Positions 9,568 to 19,593 of a stretch of 64,000 nucleotides of DNA are shown piece by piece. Location of the stretch: positions 3,278-67,277 of the forward strand of contig MFBU01000022.1 in NCBI GenBank assembly GCA_001775055.1, in the 5' to 3' direction. Both the position numbers and the translations under genes were made by a program. The DNA comes from Candidatus Curtissbacteria bacterium RIFCSPLOWO2_02_41_11. GTDB lineage: Bacteria; Patescibacteriota; Microgenomatia; Curtissbacterales; GWA2-41-24. A model generated the notes under the pieces. It was not told the DNA's origin. It saw nothing but the letters and a program-made list of their open reading frames with translations, and ran no database searches. How positions within the stretch are numbered: the first letter of the stretch is position 1; each line of letters opens with the position of its first letter.

Positions 9568-10460
9568 CTCTTTGCAAGTTGATTAATCCTTTGGATGACT
9601 CCTATTGCTTTCTTTGCGACCTTTTCTTGTGGGTCAGACCGGTCATTATTTTCTATTTTGTGGATAAATTTTCTGCACATTAAGGTTAATGGTTTGTCCT
9701 TGGATTTAAATAGAACTTTTCTCATCTTATTCTTTTGCAATAGAAAATCGTCTTCCCAAATTAATTTTTTCTTCAAAAGGACAAATTCTATCTGTTTTAT
9801 CTTTTTGGGAGAGTGGCGATTTATCTCAAAAAAACATTTGATGATTCTGCCTCTCTTTTTGAAATCCATTTTAAATTTGACTAGATCGAGATCTGTTTTG
9901 ATAGAATTTTGTTCTAGGATTTTAATACTGATCGGAGTACCAAAAAGATTTATCGCTAAGTAAACCTCATGGTAAGCCAAATTCCAAAGAAGATCTTCAT
10001 CAAAAGTTCCCCACTTTAACCATTTGAATCGCACTTGTGGGGGATACTCTTTCTTTAGAATTTGAGCAACTTTAAAAAAGATTGGATAATATACGAAAAT
10101 ATGGTCTATAAAGAGAAGAACCTTGTTAGCCTTGGCAATTTCTATTAACTCGTTTAGTTCACTTACTGAAGTTGTCGGGGGTTTTTCAAGAAAAACGTTT
10201 TTACCAGAAAGAAGAGCCTTTTTTGCTAAGTTAAAATGAGAAGAAATATTAGTGGCAATAATAACCGAATTTATACTTTTATCACTCAACACCCTCGTCA
10301 ATTTCGTAGTGATTTTGATATTAGGATAATATTTTTTGATCCACTGTAAATTTTCCTTATTGCCACGATAGCAACAGATTGAAACATCGGAAATTTTCTC
10401 CATTTCTCTGAGGAGTTTCTTTCCCCATCTGCCGATTCCAACAATAGCTGTTTTCACCAT
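9564..10460 (-). CDS. Gfo/Idh/MocA-family NAD(P)-dependent oxidoreductase (sugar dehydrogenase-like)
   Basis: The N-terminal Rossmann segment 'MVKTAIVGIGRWGKKLLREM' is present. The 'FLEKPPTTSVSELNELIEIAKANKVLLFIDH' motif (EKP plus dimerisation helix) is characteristic of this family. Confidence 0.6.
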   Translation of the reverse strand: MVKTAIVGIGRWGKKLLREMEKISDVSICCYRGNKENLQWIKKYYPNIKITTKLTRVLSDKSINSVIIATNISSHFNLAKKALLSGKNVFLEKPPTTSVSELNELIEIAKANKVLLFIDHIFVYYPIFFKVAQILKKEYPPQVRFKWLKWGTFDEDLLWNLAYHEVYLAINLFGTPISIKILEQNSIKTDLDLVKFKMDFKKRGRIIKCFFEINRHSPKKIKQIEFVLLKKKLIWEDDFLLQKNKMRKVLFKSKDKPLTLMCRKFIHKIENNDRSDPQEKVAKKAIGVIQRINQLAKR

Positions 10461-10468
10461 TTTGAAAG

Positions 10469-11557
10469 ATGGGGATATTATATTACAATTTCCTCATAGA
10501 AATTTTTATGAGAGGTAAAAGAATTGCTGTGATCGGAGGCGGGATTTACGGAATTACCATTGCCTCAGTCCTGAGTGCGAGTAACAAGGTTACATTATTT
10601 GAGAAAAATGACGATATTTTATCTGCCGCCTCAGGAATCAACCAATTTAGACTTCACCGAGGTTATCATTACCCCAGAAGTCCTAAGACTGTGATTTCTT
10701 CTTTGAAATCAGAAAAGAGTTTTGCGCAAGAATATAGACCAGCAATAATGGCCAATACCGAAAATTACTACTGCATTGCAAAGGAGAAAAGTAAAACTAG
10801 TCAGAAAAAATATTTAAAGTTCTTGGGGAAATTCAAACTCGAATACAAAGTTGAAGAAATTCCCTCCCTAGAAGTTAGAAATGTAGATCTATCAATCAGA
10901 GTTAAAGAATATCTGCTAAATCCCCTAATCCTCAAAAAAAAATGCTGGGCAAAATTGAAAAAAAGCAAAGTCAAAGTGTTATTAAAAACTGAAGCCAGTG
11001 ATAGAGTATTTGATGATTTTGATCATGTGATCATTTGTACTTATGCAGATATCAACCGCCTTTTGAAAAAATTTCCAAAGCATCAACAGGTTTATCAGTA
11101 TGAGCTGTGTGAAAAAATTGTCGTTCGACTGCCAAAAGAGTTCAAAAACAAGAGCATTGTGGTTTTAGATGGACCATTTATGTGTGTTGATCCATATGGC
11201 ACGACCAATCTTTTTCTAATGGGCAATGTCGATCATGCAATCCACGAAGCGAATATAGGTAAATTTCCTGTTATCATAAACAAATATCACAAACTTCTAA
11301 ATAAAGGGGTGATAAAAGACCCTCCGATTACTAATTTTAAAAAATTTATCGATAGTACCGAACATTTTATTCCGCTGATAACAAAGGCTAAACATGTCGG
11401 ATCTATGTATACGATTAGAACTGTTCTTCCCTACAAAGATAAAACTGACGAGCGGCCTACCATCGTGAGGAGAATAAACCGAAAAATATTTACTGTTTTT
11501 TCCGGAAAAATAGCCAATTGTGTTGAAGCCGCCGAAAAAATCAAGAAAATTATTTAG
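10469..11557 (+). CDS. FAD-dependent oxidoreductase (DAO/LhgO-like); the real start is probably the internal Met at ~10508
   Basis: 'KRIAVIGGGIYGITIASVLSA...VTLFEKND' is a GxGxxG dinucleotide fold with an acidic residue at the end of beta2. 'GINQFRLHRGYHYPRS' resembles the DAO-family second FAD motif. Confidence 0.4.
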   Translation: MGILYYNFLIEIFMRGKRIAVIGGGIYGITIASVLSASNKVTLFEKNDDILSAASGINQFRLHRGYHYPRSPKTVISSLKSEKSFAQEYRPAIMANTENYYCIAKEKSKTSQKKYLKFLGKFKLEYKVEEIPSLEVRNVDLSIRVKEYLLNPLILKKKCWAKLKKSKVKVLLKTEASDRVFDDFDHVIICTYADINRLLKKFPKHQQVYQYELCEKIVVRLPKEFKNKSIVVLDGPFMCVDPYGTTNLFLMGNVDHAIHEANIGKFPVIINKYHKLLNKGVIKDPPITNFKKFIDSTEHFIPLITKAKHVGSMYTIRTVLPYKDKTDERPTIVRRINRKIFTVFSGKIANCVEAAEKIKKII

Positions 11558-11561
11558 AAAA

Positions 11562-12764
11562 TCAAATCACTTCGTGATACAGTCTCAAAAATTTTTTTGC
11601 TTGATTTTCCCATGAGTAACGACTCGCCTTCTCTTTTGCAACTTGCCCAAGTTGTCTGGCAGATGTTCTATCAGACAGCAATCTGTCAATAGCGGCTGAC
11701 AGTGCCTTAGTATCTCCTGCCTTTATAAGAAGTCCCTCCTGACCATCCTTCATAAGAGGATCAGATTCGTAAGTAGTAATAATGGGAAGACCGGAAGCCA
11801 TTGCTTCCATAAGTACCCCAGGCGATGCATCTGCGTAAGAAGGCAAACAAAAGATGCCTGCCTTTAAAAATATCTGACGTTTATTCTGATAACTAACAGC
11901 TCCTGTGAATTTAACTTGCTTTTTTAAGTTTTTTGCTTTTTTCTTTAATGCATAAATGATTCTTGGGGATCCAGAACCTGCGATTATTAATCTTGCTTTA
12001 GGAAATTTAGCCACTACTTGAAGAAAAACATCTATTAGGTCAAATATTCCTTTTCGCCAAGAGAGCTGCCCCATAAAAAGGACTGTTTGCGTTTGGCTTG
12101 TTTTAATCTTCGAGAATTTTTCAAAGTGGACCCCTTTGTGGATGTAAGAAAGATTCTTCAACTTTTTTTTCTTTAAAAAATCTAGGCCTTTTTGATGCTT
12201 TGAGATTAGTCTACCTTCTTGGCAATTATAAAAATTTTCTTGTCTCAAAAACTTCAAAAGAAACCAGTAGAATAAATTTTCAAAAAAGACGCTAGGAGAG
12301 AATTTTAAAGGTGATAACTCCTTTAGTCTTTCATTGGTATCTTTTTCAAAGTTTTTGTATTTTTTGGGTAGGATTACTCCCCAGAAAAAAATTGGTACAT
12401 TTGTAAAAAAATTTATTAAGGTATGAGTAAACTGAATAAATTGTATTATGTCTGGCTTGAAATCACGAATGGCCCTCAATGCGGTTAAATCCAATCTAAA
12501 CATCAGACTCCCTTCATATTTTCCTGATGCTGCCGAAGAGTTTGCCATATAGTGCTTGACATTTTCTTTTCTTAAGACTTTGCCAAACTCGATATTGAAT
12601 CTTTTTTGGTGAGTTTGTATTGGTTTGGGCGAAACTATAGCCACTTGGTGGCCAAGTGTGGAAAAGGCGCAAGCTAGCTCAAAAGTATCTCTCCAGACTC
12701 CTGAGTGATGAAACGAACCTTTAACTCCCCCATCAATCCATTTGGAAACTAAAAGAATTCGCAT
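11562..12764 (-). CDS. GT4-family glycosyltransferase
   Basis: The C-terminal motif 'PSYADASPGVLMEAMASGLPIITT' is present. The N-terminal GT-B domain has 'GG..........ELA..F..LGHQV'. Confidence 0.65.
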   Translation of the reverse strand: MRILLVSKWIDGGVKGSFHHSGVWRDTFELACAFSTLGHQVAIVSPKPIQTHQKRFNIEFGKVLRKENVKHYMANSSAASGKYEGSLMFRLDLTALRAIRDFKPDIIQFIQFTHTLINFFTNVPIFFWGVILPKKYKNFEKDTNERLKELSPLKFSPSVFFENLFYWFLLKFLRQENFYNCQEGRLISKHQKGLDFLKKKKLKNLSYIHKGVHFEKFSKIKTSQTQTVLFMGQLSWRKGIFDLIDVFLQVVAKFPKARLIIAGSGSPRIIYALKKKAKNLKKQVKFTGAVSYQNKRQIFLKAGIFCLPSYADASPGVLMEAMASGLPIITTYESDPLMKDGQEGLLIKAGDTKALSAAIDRLLSDRTSARQLGQVAKEKASRYSWENQAKKFLRLYHEVI

Positions 12765-12858
12765 AAACGATGCAAATATTCTAATTGATGCTAATTATAC
12801 GAATTGGTATTTTTTTATTAGTATCATTAGTATGCATTCGTATATTAGAATCGATTAA
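12765..12858 (-). promoter_or_regulatory. Intergenic region carrying a palindromic ATTCGTAT/ATACGAAT motif pair, shared with 28912-28998
   Basis: ATACGAAT at about 12796 and ATTCGTAT at about 12836 are reverse complements of each other. The flanking TTAGTATG and GATGCTAAT words also recur in the 28912-28998 spacer. The region lies immediately upstream of the minus-strand GT4 gene whose start is at 12764. Confidence 0.35.
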
Positions 12859-13623
12859 TTATGCTTTTCCTTTTACTGTATTTTGCTCCTGACTCTTGTT
12901 AATCTTGAGGATCACTTCTGTTAGGATAGTAGGCATAAATTGATTAAGGAGTTTTGTGTTGGGAATTATACAATGGCCACCAATTGTTCCTTTAACATAC
13001 TTTAGGATAGGTCTCAATACAAAAGGATTAGTCTTTGCATATCCCAAATTATAAATTTTATTAAACTTGGTATAAACATTGTTAAAATCTACTTTTTGCC
13101 TACTGCAAATTTCGGCAACAACTTTGTTGAAAATAATATTCCATGCATAATAAGTGCTATCTAACAATTTACCCAACTCAGATTCGATTGAATCATGTAA
13201 GGCAATGGTTTTGATACCAACACTGGACAAATGAACTTTAGCCAGTTTTAAAGACTTGGGACTTGTTGGCCCGATAAATTTAACAAACCTCATAATGTCT
13301 CGTCTTAGGTTTGGATGTTTCCCCATTATTGGGGAATGAACTGTAGGGATTTGCGTTTTTTGATAGATTTTTTGCGTTGTAGTTGGAATAACAGTTGCGT
13401 GGATAATAATTAAATTTGGTCGATTTTTTTCAACCTGGGAGATAACGGAGTTTATAAAACTATTCGTGTAAGGGATACAAACATGAAGAACATCAATCTT
13501 TGTATTTTTTAATTGATCGAAATTGCTATCCTTTTTTAAAACTTTAAACTGAGAGGAAAATATTTGAGAAATTGCTTTGCCTACTTCACCTATTCCTAAA
13601 ACACCAATCGTATATTTTGTCAT
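12859..13623 (-). CDS. NAD(P)-binding Rossmann-fold oxidoreductase (6PGDH/UDP-sugar dehydrogenase N-domain-like)
   Basis: The N-terminal segment 'YTIGVLGIGEVGKAISQIF' is a GxGxxG fold. The family is otherwise unassigned. Confidence 0.35.
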   Translation of the reverse strand: MTKYTIGVLGIGEVGKAISQIFSSQFKVLKKDSNFDQLKNTKIDVLHVCIPYTNSFINSVISQVEKNRPNLIIIHATVIPTTTQKIYQKTQIPTVHSPIMGKHPNLRRDIMRFVKFIGPTSPKSLKLAKVHLSSVGIKTIALHDSIESELGKLLDSTYYAWNIIFNKVVAEICSRQKVDFNNVYTKFNKIYNLGYAKTNPFVLRPILKYVKGTIGGHCIIPNTKLLNQFMPTILTEVILKINKSQEQNTVKGKA

Positions 13624-13635
13624 AAATGGAAATAA

Positions 13636-14535
13636 TTAAGTTTCCTTATTAATTTTATCGATAATGAATTCAACTCGGTGAGCGAAAGTATGATTTCTTA
13701 AAATTAAATTTCTCCCATTTTCAGAAAGTTCCTTTCTCTCGCCTTCACAATTTAAATAATAAAAAACCTTTTCCTTAAAATCCAAAACTGTATAATAGCA
13801 AATAACGGTCTTTCCGAAAACTTCTTCGATACCTCGAACATAATCGGTAATTATGAATCCTCCCGAAGCTAGCACGTCAAATATTCTGTTACTTATAAAG
13901 CCATTTTCGCTCATATCAGACCAGTGATCATTAAGAACAATTTTTGCGGAAGAATAGAGAAGTCTGAGTTGATTGTTGGGGAAAAATTCCGCTTCTAGAT
14001 ATTTAGTGTCTATGTATTTTTGCCATCCTTTACCCCAGATTTTCAAGCTAAAACCGGCATCTACAGCAAATTTGACTACCTCTCTGTAAAAACCTTTTGT
14101 ATTACCAATAAAAATGAGGTCATTTCTGAATTTTTTATCGTTTTGATAGAAAAAAAACTTTGGATTACTTGCCTGAAGAAGAGGATATAAAGGCTTTTTA
14201 ACTAGGTCTTGAAGCACTTTTGCCAGTTTTAAAGACGCCACAAAAATTAGGTCGAAATCGTAATATTCATCTAGAGATATACTTTCCGGATGGCTGATAT
14301 GCCAAATGACATTTACCTTAGCTTTTTTTTTGAATGGGTATTTTCTTAGTCCTCGTAAGTGTAGATGTATATCATACGTATTACCTTCGCTTGACCATTC
14401 ATCCATAGCAGAAATTTTATAATCATAACTGTACTTCTTAAACTCTTCACCTAAAGACAATGCGAAGTAATAATCTCCCCATTTTTTAGCCTCGTCTTTA
14501 TTGGGAGCACAAATTGTCAGAAGAATTTTTTTCAT
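13636..14535 (-). CDS. CgeB-like / Glyco_trans_1_2-type glycosyltransferase
   Basis: The C-terminal segment 'NRIFDVLASGGFIITDYVRGIEEVFGKTVICY' resembles the CgeB/DUF3880 GT family. It is paralogous to the C-terminal domain of the 14532-16673 product ('SRIFEAGACGAAVLSDELMEFKRVF'). Confidence 0.45.
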   Translation of the reverse strand: MKKILLTICAPNKDEAKKWGDYYFALSLGEEFKKYSYDYKISAMDEWSSEGNTYDIHLHLRGLRKYPFKKKAKVNVIWHISHPESISLDEYYDFDLIFVASLKLAKVLQDLVKKPLYPLLQASNPKFFFYQNDKKFRNDLIFIGNTKGFYREVVKFAVDAGFSLKIWGKGWQKYIDTKYLEAEFFPNNQLRLLYSSAKIVLNDHWSDMSENGFISNRIFDVLASGGFIITDYVRGIEEVFGKTVICYYTVLDFKEKVFYYLNCEGERKELSENGRNLILRNHTFAHRVEFIIDKINKET

Positions 14536-16673
14536 GACTGCCTATCATTCAGCTCCTGCTTTATGTAGTTTATGAGTTGATTCGCTCTTACCAAGTATGA
14601 ATGACTCTCTTTGATATTTCGCATTAATCTTGACCCAATTATCTGTCTCTCGCTTTGATTCTGAAGTAAATACTTTAACTTACTCTTAAATTCACTGTAA
14701 TTAGAATAAGTCAAGTATGAATTCTTAGGAAAGACCCTTTTAAATTCCATCAGTTCATCTGAAAGCACAGCCGCTCCACAGGCTCCTGCTTCGAAAATTC
14801 GAGAATTGATAAAATCCCATTTTTTCGTAAGGTGCTCGAGATGGTCTTCTATTACTATCTTTGAATTAGAATAAAGGATGGGAAGTTTCTCGTATCCTAT
14901 TTCACCACACCAAATCTTTTTAAGTCCCGGGTAATTTCCAATGTTTTTACCGAAAACTCCTATTTTTATATTTTTTTTAAACTTTTCAGGAAGCTGTGAA
15001 AGATAAGTCAGGGCTTTTCTTTCAACCCCAAAGTAATTACCTACAAAAACTACATCAAAACTAAATTCCTCGTTCCTTTCACTTTTTTTAAAGTTTTCTA
15101 TATCAGCTCCCAGTCTCAAAACTTGGGTTTTTACCCCAGTCGTTTTGGCAATTTCATTGGAAGCAATAGTTGAACCAGTTAAGATGAGATCATATTTGGT
15201 GAAATCAGACTGACTAAACCAATCTGTAAGCCGATTTCTAATCCACGCTACTTTATATATTTGATTGTTAATCTTACTGTTGGCGTTGAAAATATCTAAA
15301 TTTGATAAAAGATTAATAATTATATCGATATCTTCTTTTTCTATGATATCGGGATCAGTGTTGTAAGTTTTTTTATCGATGAGGATAAAATCATAGCCAA
15401 TTTGCTTAAGATACTTGCTCAAATTCATGGCTGTAAAATAATCACCATAAAATGAACTTTCATTATTTTCAGTAACCAGGAGGCCAAATTTTAAAGGTGT
15501 ACTCGAAAAGACAAATTTTTTTTCTATTTTATCGAGTAAATACTCCTTTCTAAGATATGAAGCCCATCGCAAGGTAAGTAATTTCTTGTTTTTTGCACGA
15601 TTATCTCTGATTTGATTCTTTTCTAAGACCATCTTTTGCGAGGCAAACTCATGATGGAAAAGGATGCTAGTCGGAACATACTCTGTTTTGAAACCTGATT
15701 TTTTTGCTTTCAAACAAAAATCCACATCCTCATATCCGTAGTGATAATCTTCATAAAAACCTCCTAATTTGAAAAATAGAGCCTTTTTGACAAACATACA
15801 GGCGCCGGTTACAGCAGCAATCTCTTTTTTAAAACACGACTCCACAGAAAAAGGGTGGTCACCCCGATCAAAATTCTCAGGATAAAGAAAGTTGTCTATC
15901 TTTGAAAATTTTATTCCCTGGTGCTGAATTGTGCAATCAAAAGAAGTGGAATCTGGAAATTCATTATCATTTCGTTTGGGGTAGATTAACTTTGAGCCGA
16001 GAATTGAATCTGGCCTTTTCTCTATCTGCTCAAATAACGCACTGAGCCATCCATTGAGGGGGATTGTATCGTTATTTAAAAAAATTAGATATTCCCCACT
16101 TGCTTTTTTTGCAGCCAAATTATTTGCCATTGCGAAGCTTAAATTTTCTTTGAATTCTAATATTTTGATTTTAATTTTTCTTCCACCTCTAATTTTTTCT
16201 AAGAAAGATTTCGTCTTAATATCATGGGAACCATTGTCAACATAAATTATTTCGTAATTTTTATAATTTGTATTTTTAATCAGAGCAGAAATGCACTTTG
16301 AAGTATATTCATAACTATTATGATTAAGGACGATGATTGAGATTTTTCTTGAAAATTTTGTTTTTTTGTTTTCTAGTTTTTTTACAAAGGAAACTATCTC
16401 ATCTTCGTCTAACACGTTTCCTGAACGTTTGTAGGGTGTGAATTTGGATTGGGTTGCAATATCATCTTGTAGGCCAAATTGAAGATTTCGGAGAGCGTTA
16501 ATTAGATTTTTGCTCCTTGATTTGGCTTGATTTAAAATTTGCAAAAATTTATAGACCTTGGTGGAAGTAATTAAAACCCATGTCTGTTCAAGTTTTTCTT
16601 CTCTGAGCTTAAGCTCTTCTAATCTCTTGCTTAACTTTTGATTTTCTAACTTGAGTTTTTCAATACTTTCCAT
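14532..16673 (-). CDS. Three-module protein: N-terminal coiled coil, GT2 domain, and C-terminal CgeB-like GT domain
   Basis: The first ~35 residues form a heptad-rich coiled coil ('MESIEKLKLENQKLSKRLEELKLREEKLEQ'). The GT2 signature 'ISIIVLNHNSYEYTSKCISALIKNTNYKNYEIIYVDNGSHD...YEDVDF' follows. The C-terminal ~250 aa are paralogous to the upstream CgeB-like ORF. Confidence 0.6.
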   Translation of the reverse strand: MESIEKLKLENQKLSKRLEELKLREEKLEQTWVLITSTKVYKFLQILNQAKSRSKNLINALRNLQFGLQDDIATQSKFTPYKRSGNVLDEDEIVSFVKKLENKKTKFSRKISIIVLNHNSYEYTSKCISALIKNTNYKNYEIIYVDNGSHDIKTKSFLEKIRGGRKIKIKILEFKENLSFAMANNLAAKKASGEYLIFLNNDTIPLNGWLSALFEQIEKRPDSILGSKLIYPKRNDNEFPDSTSFDCTIQHQGIKFSKIDNFLYPENFDRGDHPFSVESCFKKEIAAVTGACMFVKKALFFKLGGFYEDYHYGYEDVDFCLKAKKSGFKTEYVPTSILFHHEFASQKMVLEKNQIRDNRAKNKKLLTLRWASYLRKEYLLDKIEKKFVFSSTPLKFGLLVTENNESSFYGDYFTAMNLSKYLKQIGYDFILIDKKTYNTDPDIIEKEDIDIIINLLSNLDIFNANSKINNQIYKVAWIRNRLTDWFSQSDFTKYDLILTGSTIASNEIAKTTGVKTQVLRLGADIENFKKSERNEEFSFDVVFVGNYFGVERKALTYLSQLPEKFKKNIKIGVFGKNIGNYPGLKKIWCGEIGYEKLPILYSNSKIVIEDHLEHLTKKWDFINSRIFEAGACGAAVLSDELMEFKRVFPKNSYLTYSNYSEFKSKLKYLLQNQSERQIIGSRLMRNIKESHSYLVRANQLINYIKQELNDRQS

Positions 16674-16677
16674 TTCA

Positions 16678-18873
16678 TCAATTTTTAGATGTAGAAGCGA
16701 TAGATATCGGCTTTAATAATACCTTTGAAATATTCATTGTAAGTTTCCATGTTCTAAAAATTTTTGCCGACTCAACAGAAGAAATTTTTTGACTTAAATC
16801 AGTAATTGACTTTTCTGTTTGATCAATCTCTTTTATTAGATTCATATTTTGATCAGCATGAATTTCTATTTCTTTAACGGTATCATTTAGTTTTAATTGA
16901 TGCAGAAGAAAACTTTGAAGAAAATCTTTACTGTTTTCAAAACGCTTTATTTTTTTATTTTTAAGTGTCATCATTATCTTCATGATTTTTCCTGCATACT
17001 TTTCTGGACTAAACTTTGATTTTGCAAAAGTTAATCCATTTTGCCCCATTACCTCCATCATCTTTCTATTTTTTAAGAAATATAATATTTTTTGCTTCAG
17101 GTCATTTATGTCCTCATAGTTGTAGAGGAAACCATTGTAGCCTTCTTTTATCTGCTCCAGAGCACCTCCTTTATCAGATCCGATCACCGGTTTTTTTAAA
17201 AGCATCGCCTCTACCAGTGTCCTACTAGACGCTTCACTCCTTGAACAAATCAGAAGTATGTCCGATTGATTAATATAAGGATAAGGATTTAAAACATTAT
17301 TTTCGAAATAAATTTTGTTGGTCTTTTTGGTCTTAATCAAGTTATTAAGTGAGATAAAATAAGGATCATTCTTGCTAAAGCTTCCGAGAACTAAGAGCTC
17401 GACATCGTAGCCTTCGTCAAGCAATCTCATTGTCGCTTTTATGGCCTGATCTTGTCCTTTAGACTTTGCTATAAAACCAGCAATAATAAGTTTTAGGGAC
17501 TTTTTTGATTTATACACTTGTTTGACTTTCTCTTTTAGGAGTTCTTCGGGTATTTCTATACTGTTATAAACAGTCTCTCCCCGATTGGGATCTATATAAT
17601 TTTTGAACTGATGTTGGACAGCTTTCGAATTATAAATTACCTTTTCGGATAACAGATTTATTAATCGAACTGATTCCTTCAGGGTCATATCGAAAGAGAA
17701 TCCATGATCTTTTTTGCCAAATTCACGTATGTGCCATAGGTGTGGTTTGTTCAGAAGAAAAGCGCTTAGTGCTCCCCAAGGAATAACAAGAGTATTTGTG
17801 TAAATTAAGTGGGGGTTAATTCTTTTCAATTCATCTAAATATCCGGTTATATTAATTAAGGAGTTAAAATGTCTTTCGTTGATGGAAGCTTGTCCTTTCG
17901 AAACCCACCAGCCAAAAGGAACAATATCAAAAGATACGGCTTTATTTTTTATCCTATCTACGAATGGGCCATTACTTGGAATAACTACATGTGATAAAGC
18001 ATCAAATTTTTTAATTTGATTTAATAAGTCTAGATGACTTCTCACAGCTCCTCCTAAGTTTGCGCGGTGAGAAAAATAAGTGACAAAAAGTGATTTTTGT
18101 TTAGGAATACAAAGCAAGTTTGCATAAGAATTCTCATTTATAAACTCTTGCCAAGAATATTTATTGTTGGTTAAGCGGTAATATTTTCTTTTTAGCTCAT
18201 CTATTAGGAAAATTTCAAAGCCAAGACTTTCAAGTTTTTTTAATAGATCATCGGGTTGAAAGCCTGCATTTTTTTGCATCTTAGGATTAAACTCTACAAG
18301 CATAGAGAGATTTTTGTTATTTTTTAAAGTAGTTTTTAAACCTTCAAGTACCGCCATTTCATGACCTTCGATGTCGATTTTTATAAAATCAATTTTTTTC
18401 TTTTTAAGAATCTGGTCTGGGGGATAACTTTTAATCTTTATTATTTTCTTTGTCTTGGTTAGAGGATGTTCGTAAAATCCGGCAGAATCCGATGCCTCTG
18501 TTAAATTAAAATCTTTTACTTCTTTTTTGTTGGAAGCTGCGAAATTGTATAGTTTGGCATTTTTAACATTATTAAGTTTGATATTCTTTTTGAGTACTTC
18601 AAAATTTTTCTTGACGGGCTCTATGGCAATTATTTTTGTATTTTTCTGGGAATGGTAAGCAAGTAGGGAGTAATAGCCAAAATGGGCGCCAAGATCGACA
18701 AAAGTAGAATTAGGTTTTAGATAATTCTTGATTATTTCAGATGAGAATGGTTCGTATTTATTTTTAACATAATGTTGAACAAAACGGGGGTAAATGTACA
18801 TCGAAAAATTCTCCAAATTTATTTTTTTGATTTTTTTTAAATTGTATTCGTTCTTAAACATGTCCAACTTCAT
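16678..18873 (-). CDS. Three-module protein: FkbM-type methyltransferase, GT4 glycosyltransferase, and C-terminal coiled coil (WbdD/WsaE-like terminator architecture)
   Basis: The N-terminal segment 'DLGAHFGYYSLLAY...IIAIEPVKKNFEVLKKNI' matches the FkbM family. The middle segment 'CSRSEASSRTLVEAMLLKKPVIGSDKGGALEQIKEGYNGFL' is a GT4 E-x7-E motif. The C-terminal ~70 aa have heptad-repeat character. Confidence 0.6.
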   Translation of the reverse strand: MKLDMFKNEYNLKKIKKINLENFSMYIYPRFVQHYVKNKYEPFSSEIIKNYLKPNSTFVDLGAHFGYYSLLAYHSQKNTKIIAIEPVKKNFEVLKKNIKLNNVKNAKLYNFAASNKKEVKDFNLTEASDSAGFYEHPLTKTKKIIKIKSYPPDQILKKKKIDFIKIDIEGHEMAVLEGLKTTLKNNKNLSMLVEFNPKMQKNAGFQPDDLLKKLESLGFEIFLIDELKRKYYRLTNNKYSWQEFINENSYANLLCIPKQKSLFVTYFSHRANLGGAVRSHLDLLNQIKKFDALSHVVIPSNGPFVDRIKNKAVSFDIVPFGWWVSKGQASINERHFNSLINITGYLDELKRINPHLIYTNTLVIPWGALSAFLLNKPHLWHIREFGKKDHGFSFDMTLKESVRLINLLSEKVIYNSKAVQHQFKNYIDPNRGETVYNSIEIPEELLKEKVKQVYKSKKSLKLIIAGFIAKSKGQDQAIKATMRLLDEGYDVELLVLGSFSKNDPYFISLNNLIKTKKTNKIYFENNVLNPYPYINQSDILLICSRSEASSRTLVEAMLLKKPVIGSDKGGALEQIKEGYNGFLYNYEDINDLKQKILYFLKNRKMMEVMGQNGLTFAKSKFSPEKYAGKIMKIMMTLKNKKIKRFENSKDFLQSFLLHQLKLNDTVKEIEIHADQNMNLIKEIDQTEKSITDLSQKISSVESAKIFRTWKLTMNISKVLLKPISIASTSKN

Positions 18874-19591
18874 TTTGAAAATTTTTGTAATAGGCGATTA
18901 TTTTATCTATTTTGTCAATTTCCGCCATCCTACCAGATTTTAAGACGATCCCTTTTTGGCAGACTTGACCGATTGTTTCCAAATTGTGACTTACTAAAAT
19001 AATTGTTTTTTCTGAATTGAAAAATTCTTTCATCTTGCTTAAAGACTTTTGTTTAAACTCCGCATCTCCTACGGCCAATACTTCATCAAGAAGTAAAATA
19101 TCCCACTCTAAGTGGATTGAAACAGAAAAAGCAAGTCTTATAAACATTCCGGATGAGTAGTGTTTTACCGGCGTATCCAGGAATTTTTTAATCCCGGAAA
19201 ACTCGACAATCTCATCAAATCTCTTTGTAATTTCTCTTGCTTCCATACCTAAGATTGAGCCTGAAAGATAAATATTATCTTTTCCAGTTAATTCCGGGTG
19301 GAATCCAGCCCCAAGTCCTAAAAGTGCAGTTACCTTACCGTTTACAATCACGGTACCTTTTGTCGGCGTGGTAATACCCGCAATTGTCTGAAGTAAAGTC
19401 GATTTACCGGATCCGTTAGGCCCTATGATGCCAATTTTTTCTCCTTCTTTCACCTGAAGATTAATTCCTTTAAGAGCCAAAAACTCCTTTTGGTATCGAT
19501 CTGAAAAGAAAAGTGGAATCGCGTGGGTCAATGTCCTTGGTTGACCGATTCTATATTTTTTCCAAAGGTTTTTTAGTTCAATAGCGTACAT
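18854..19591 (-). CDS. wzt: ABC transporter ATP-binding protein of glycan exporters (Wzt/TagH-type, short form without a C-terminal carbohydrate-binding domain)
   Basis: Walker A 'GPNGSGKSTL', the LSGGM-like signature 'YSSGMFIRLAF', and Walker B 'ILLLDEVLAVGD' are all present. The gene is adjacent to an ABC-2 permease. Confidence 0.8.
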   Translation of the reverse strand: MYAIELKNLWKKYRIGQPRTLTHAIPLFFSDRYQKEFLALKGINLQVKEGEKIGIIGPNGSGKSTLLQTIAGITTPTKGTVIVNGKVTALLGLGAGFHPELTGKDNIYLSGSILGMEAREITKRFDEIVEFSGIKKFLDTPVKHYSSGMFIRLAFSVSIHLEWDILLLDEVLAVGDAEFKQKSLSKMKEFFNSEKTIILVSHNLETIGQVCQKGIVLKSGRMAEIDKIDKIIAYYKNFQNEVGHV

Positions 19592-19593
19592 AT

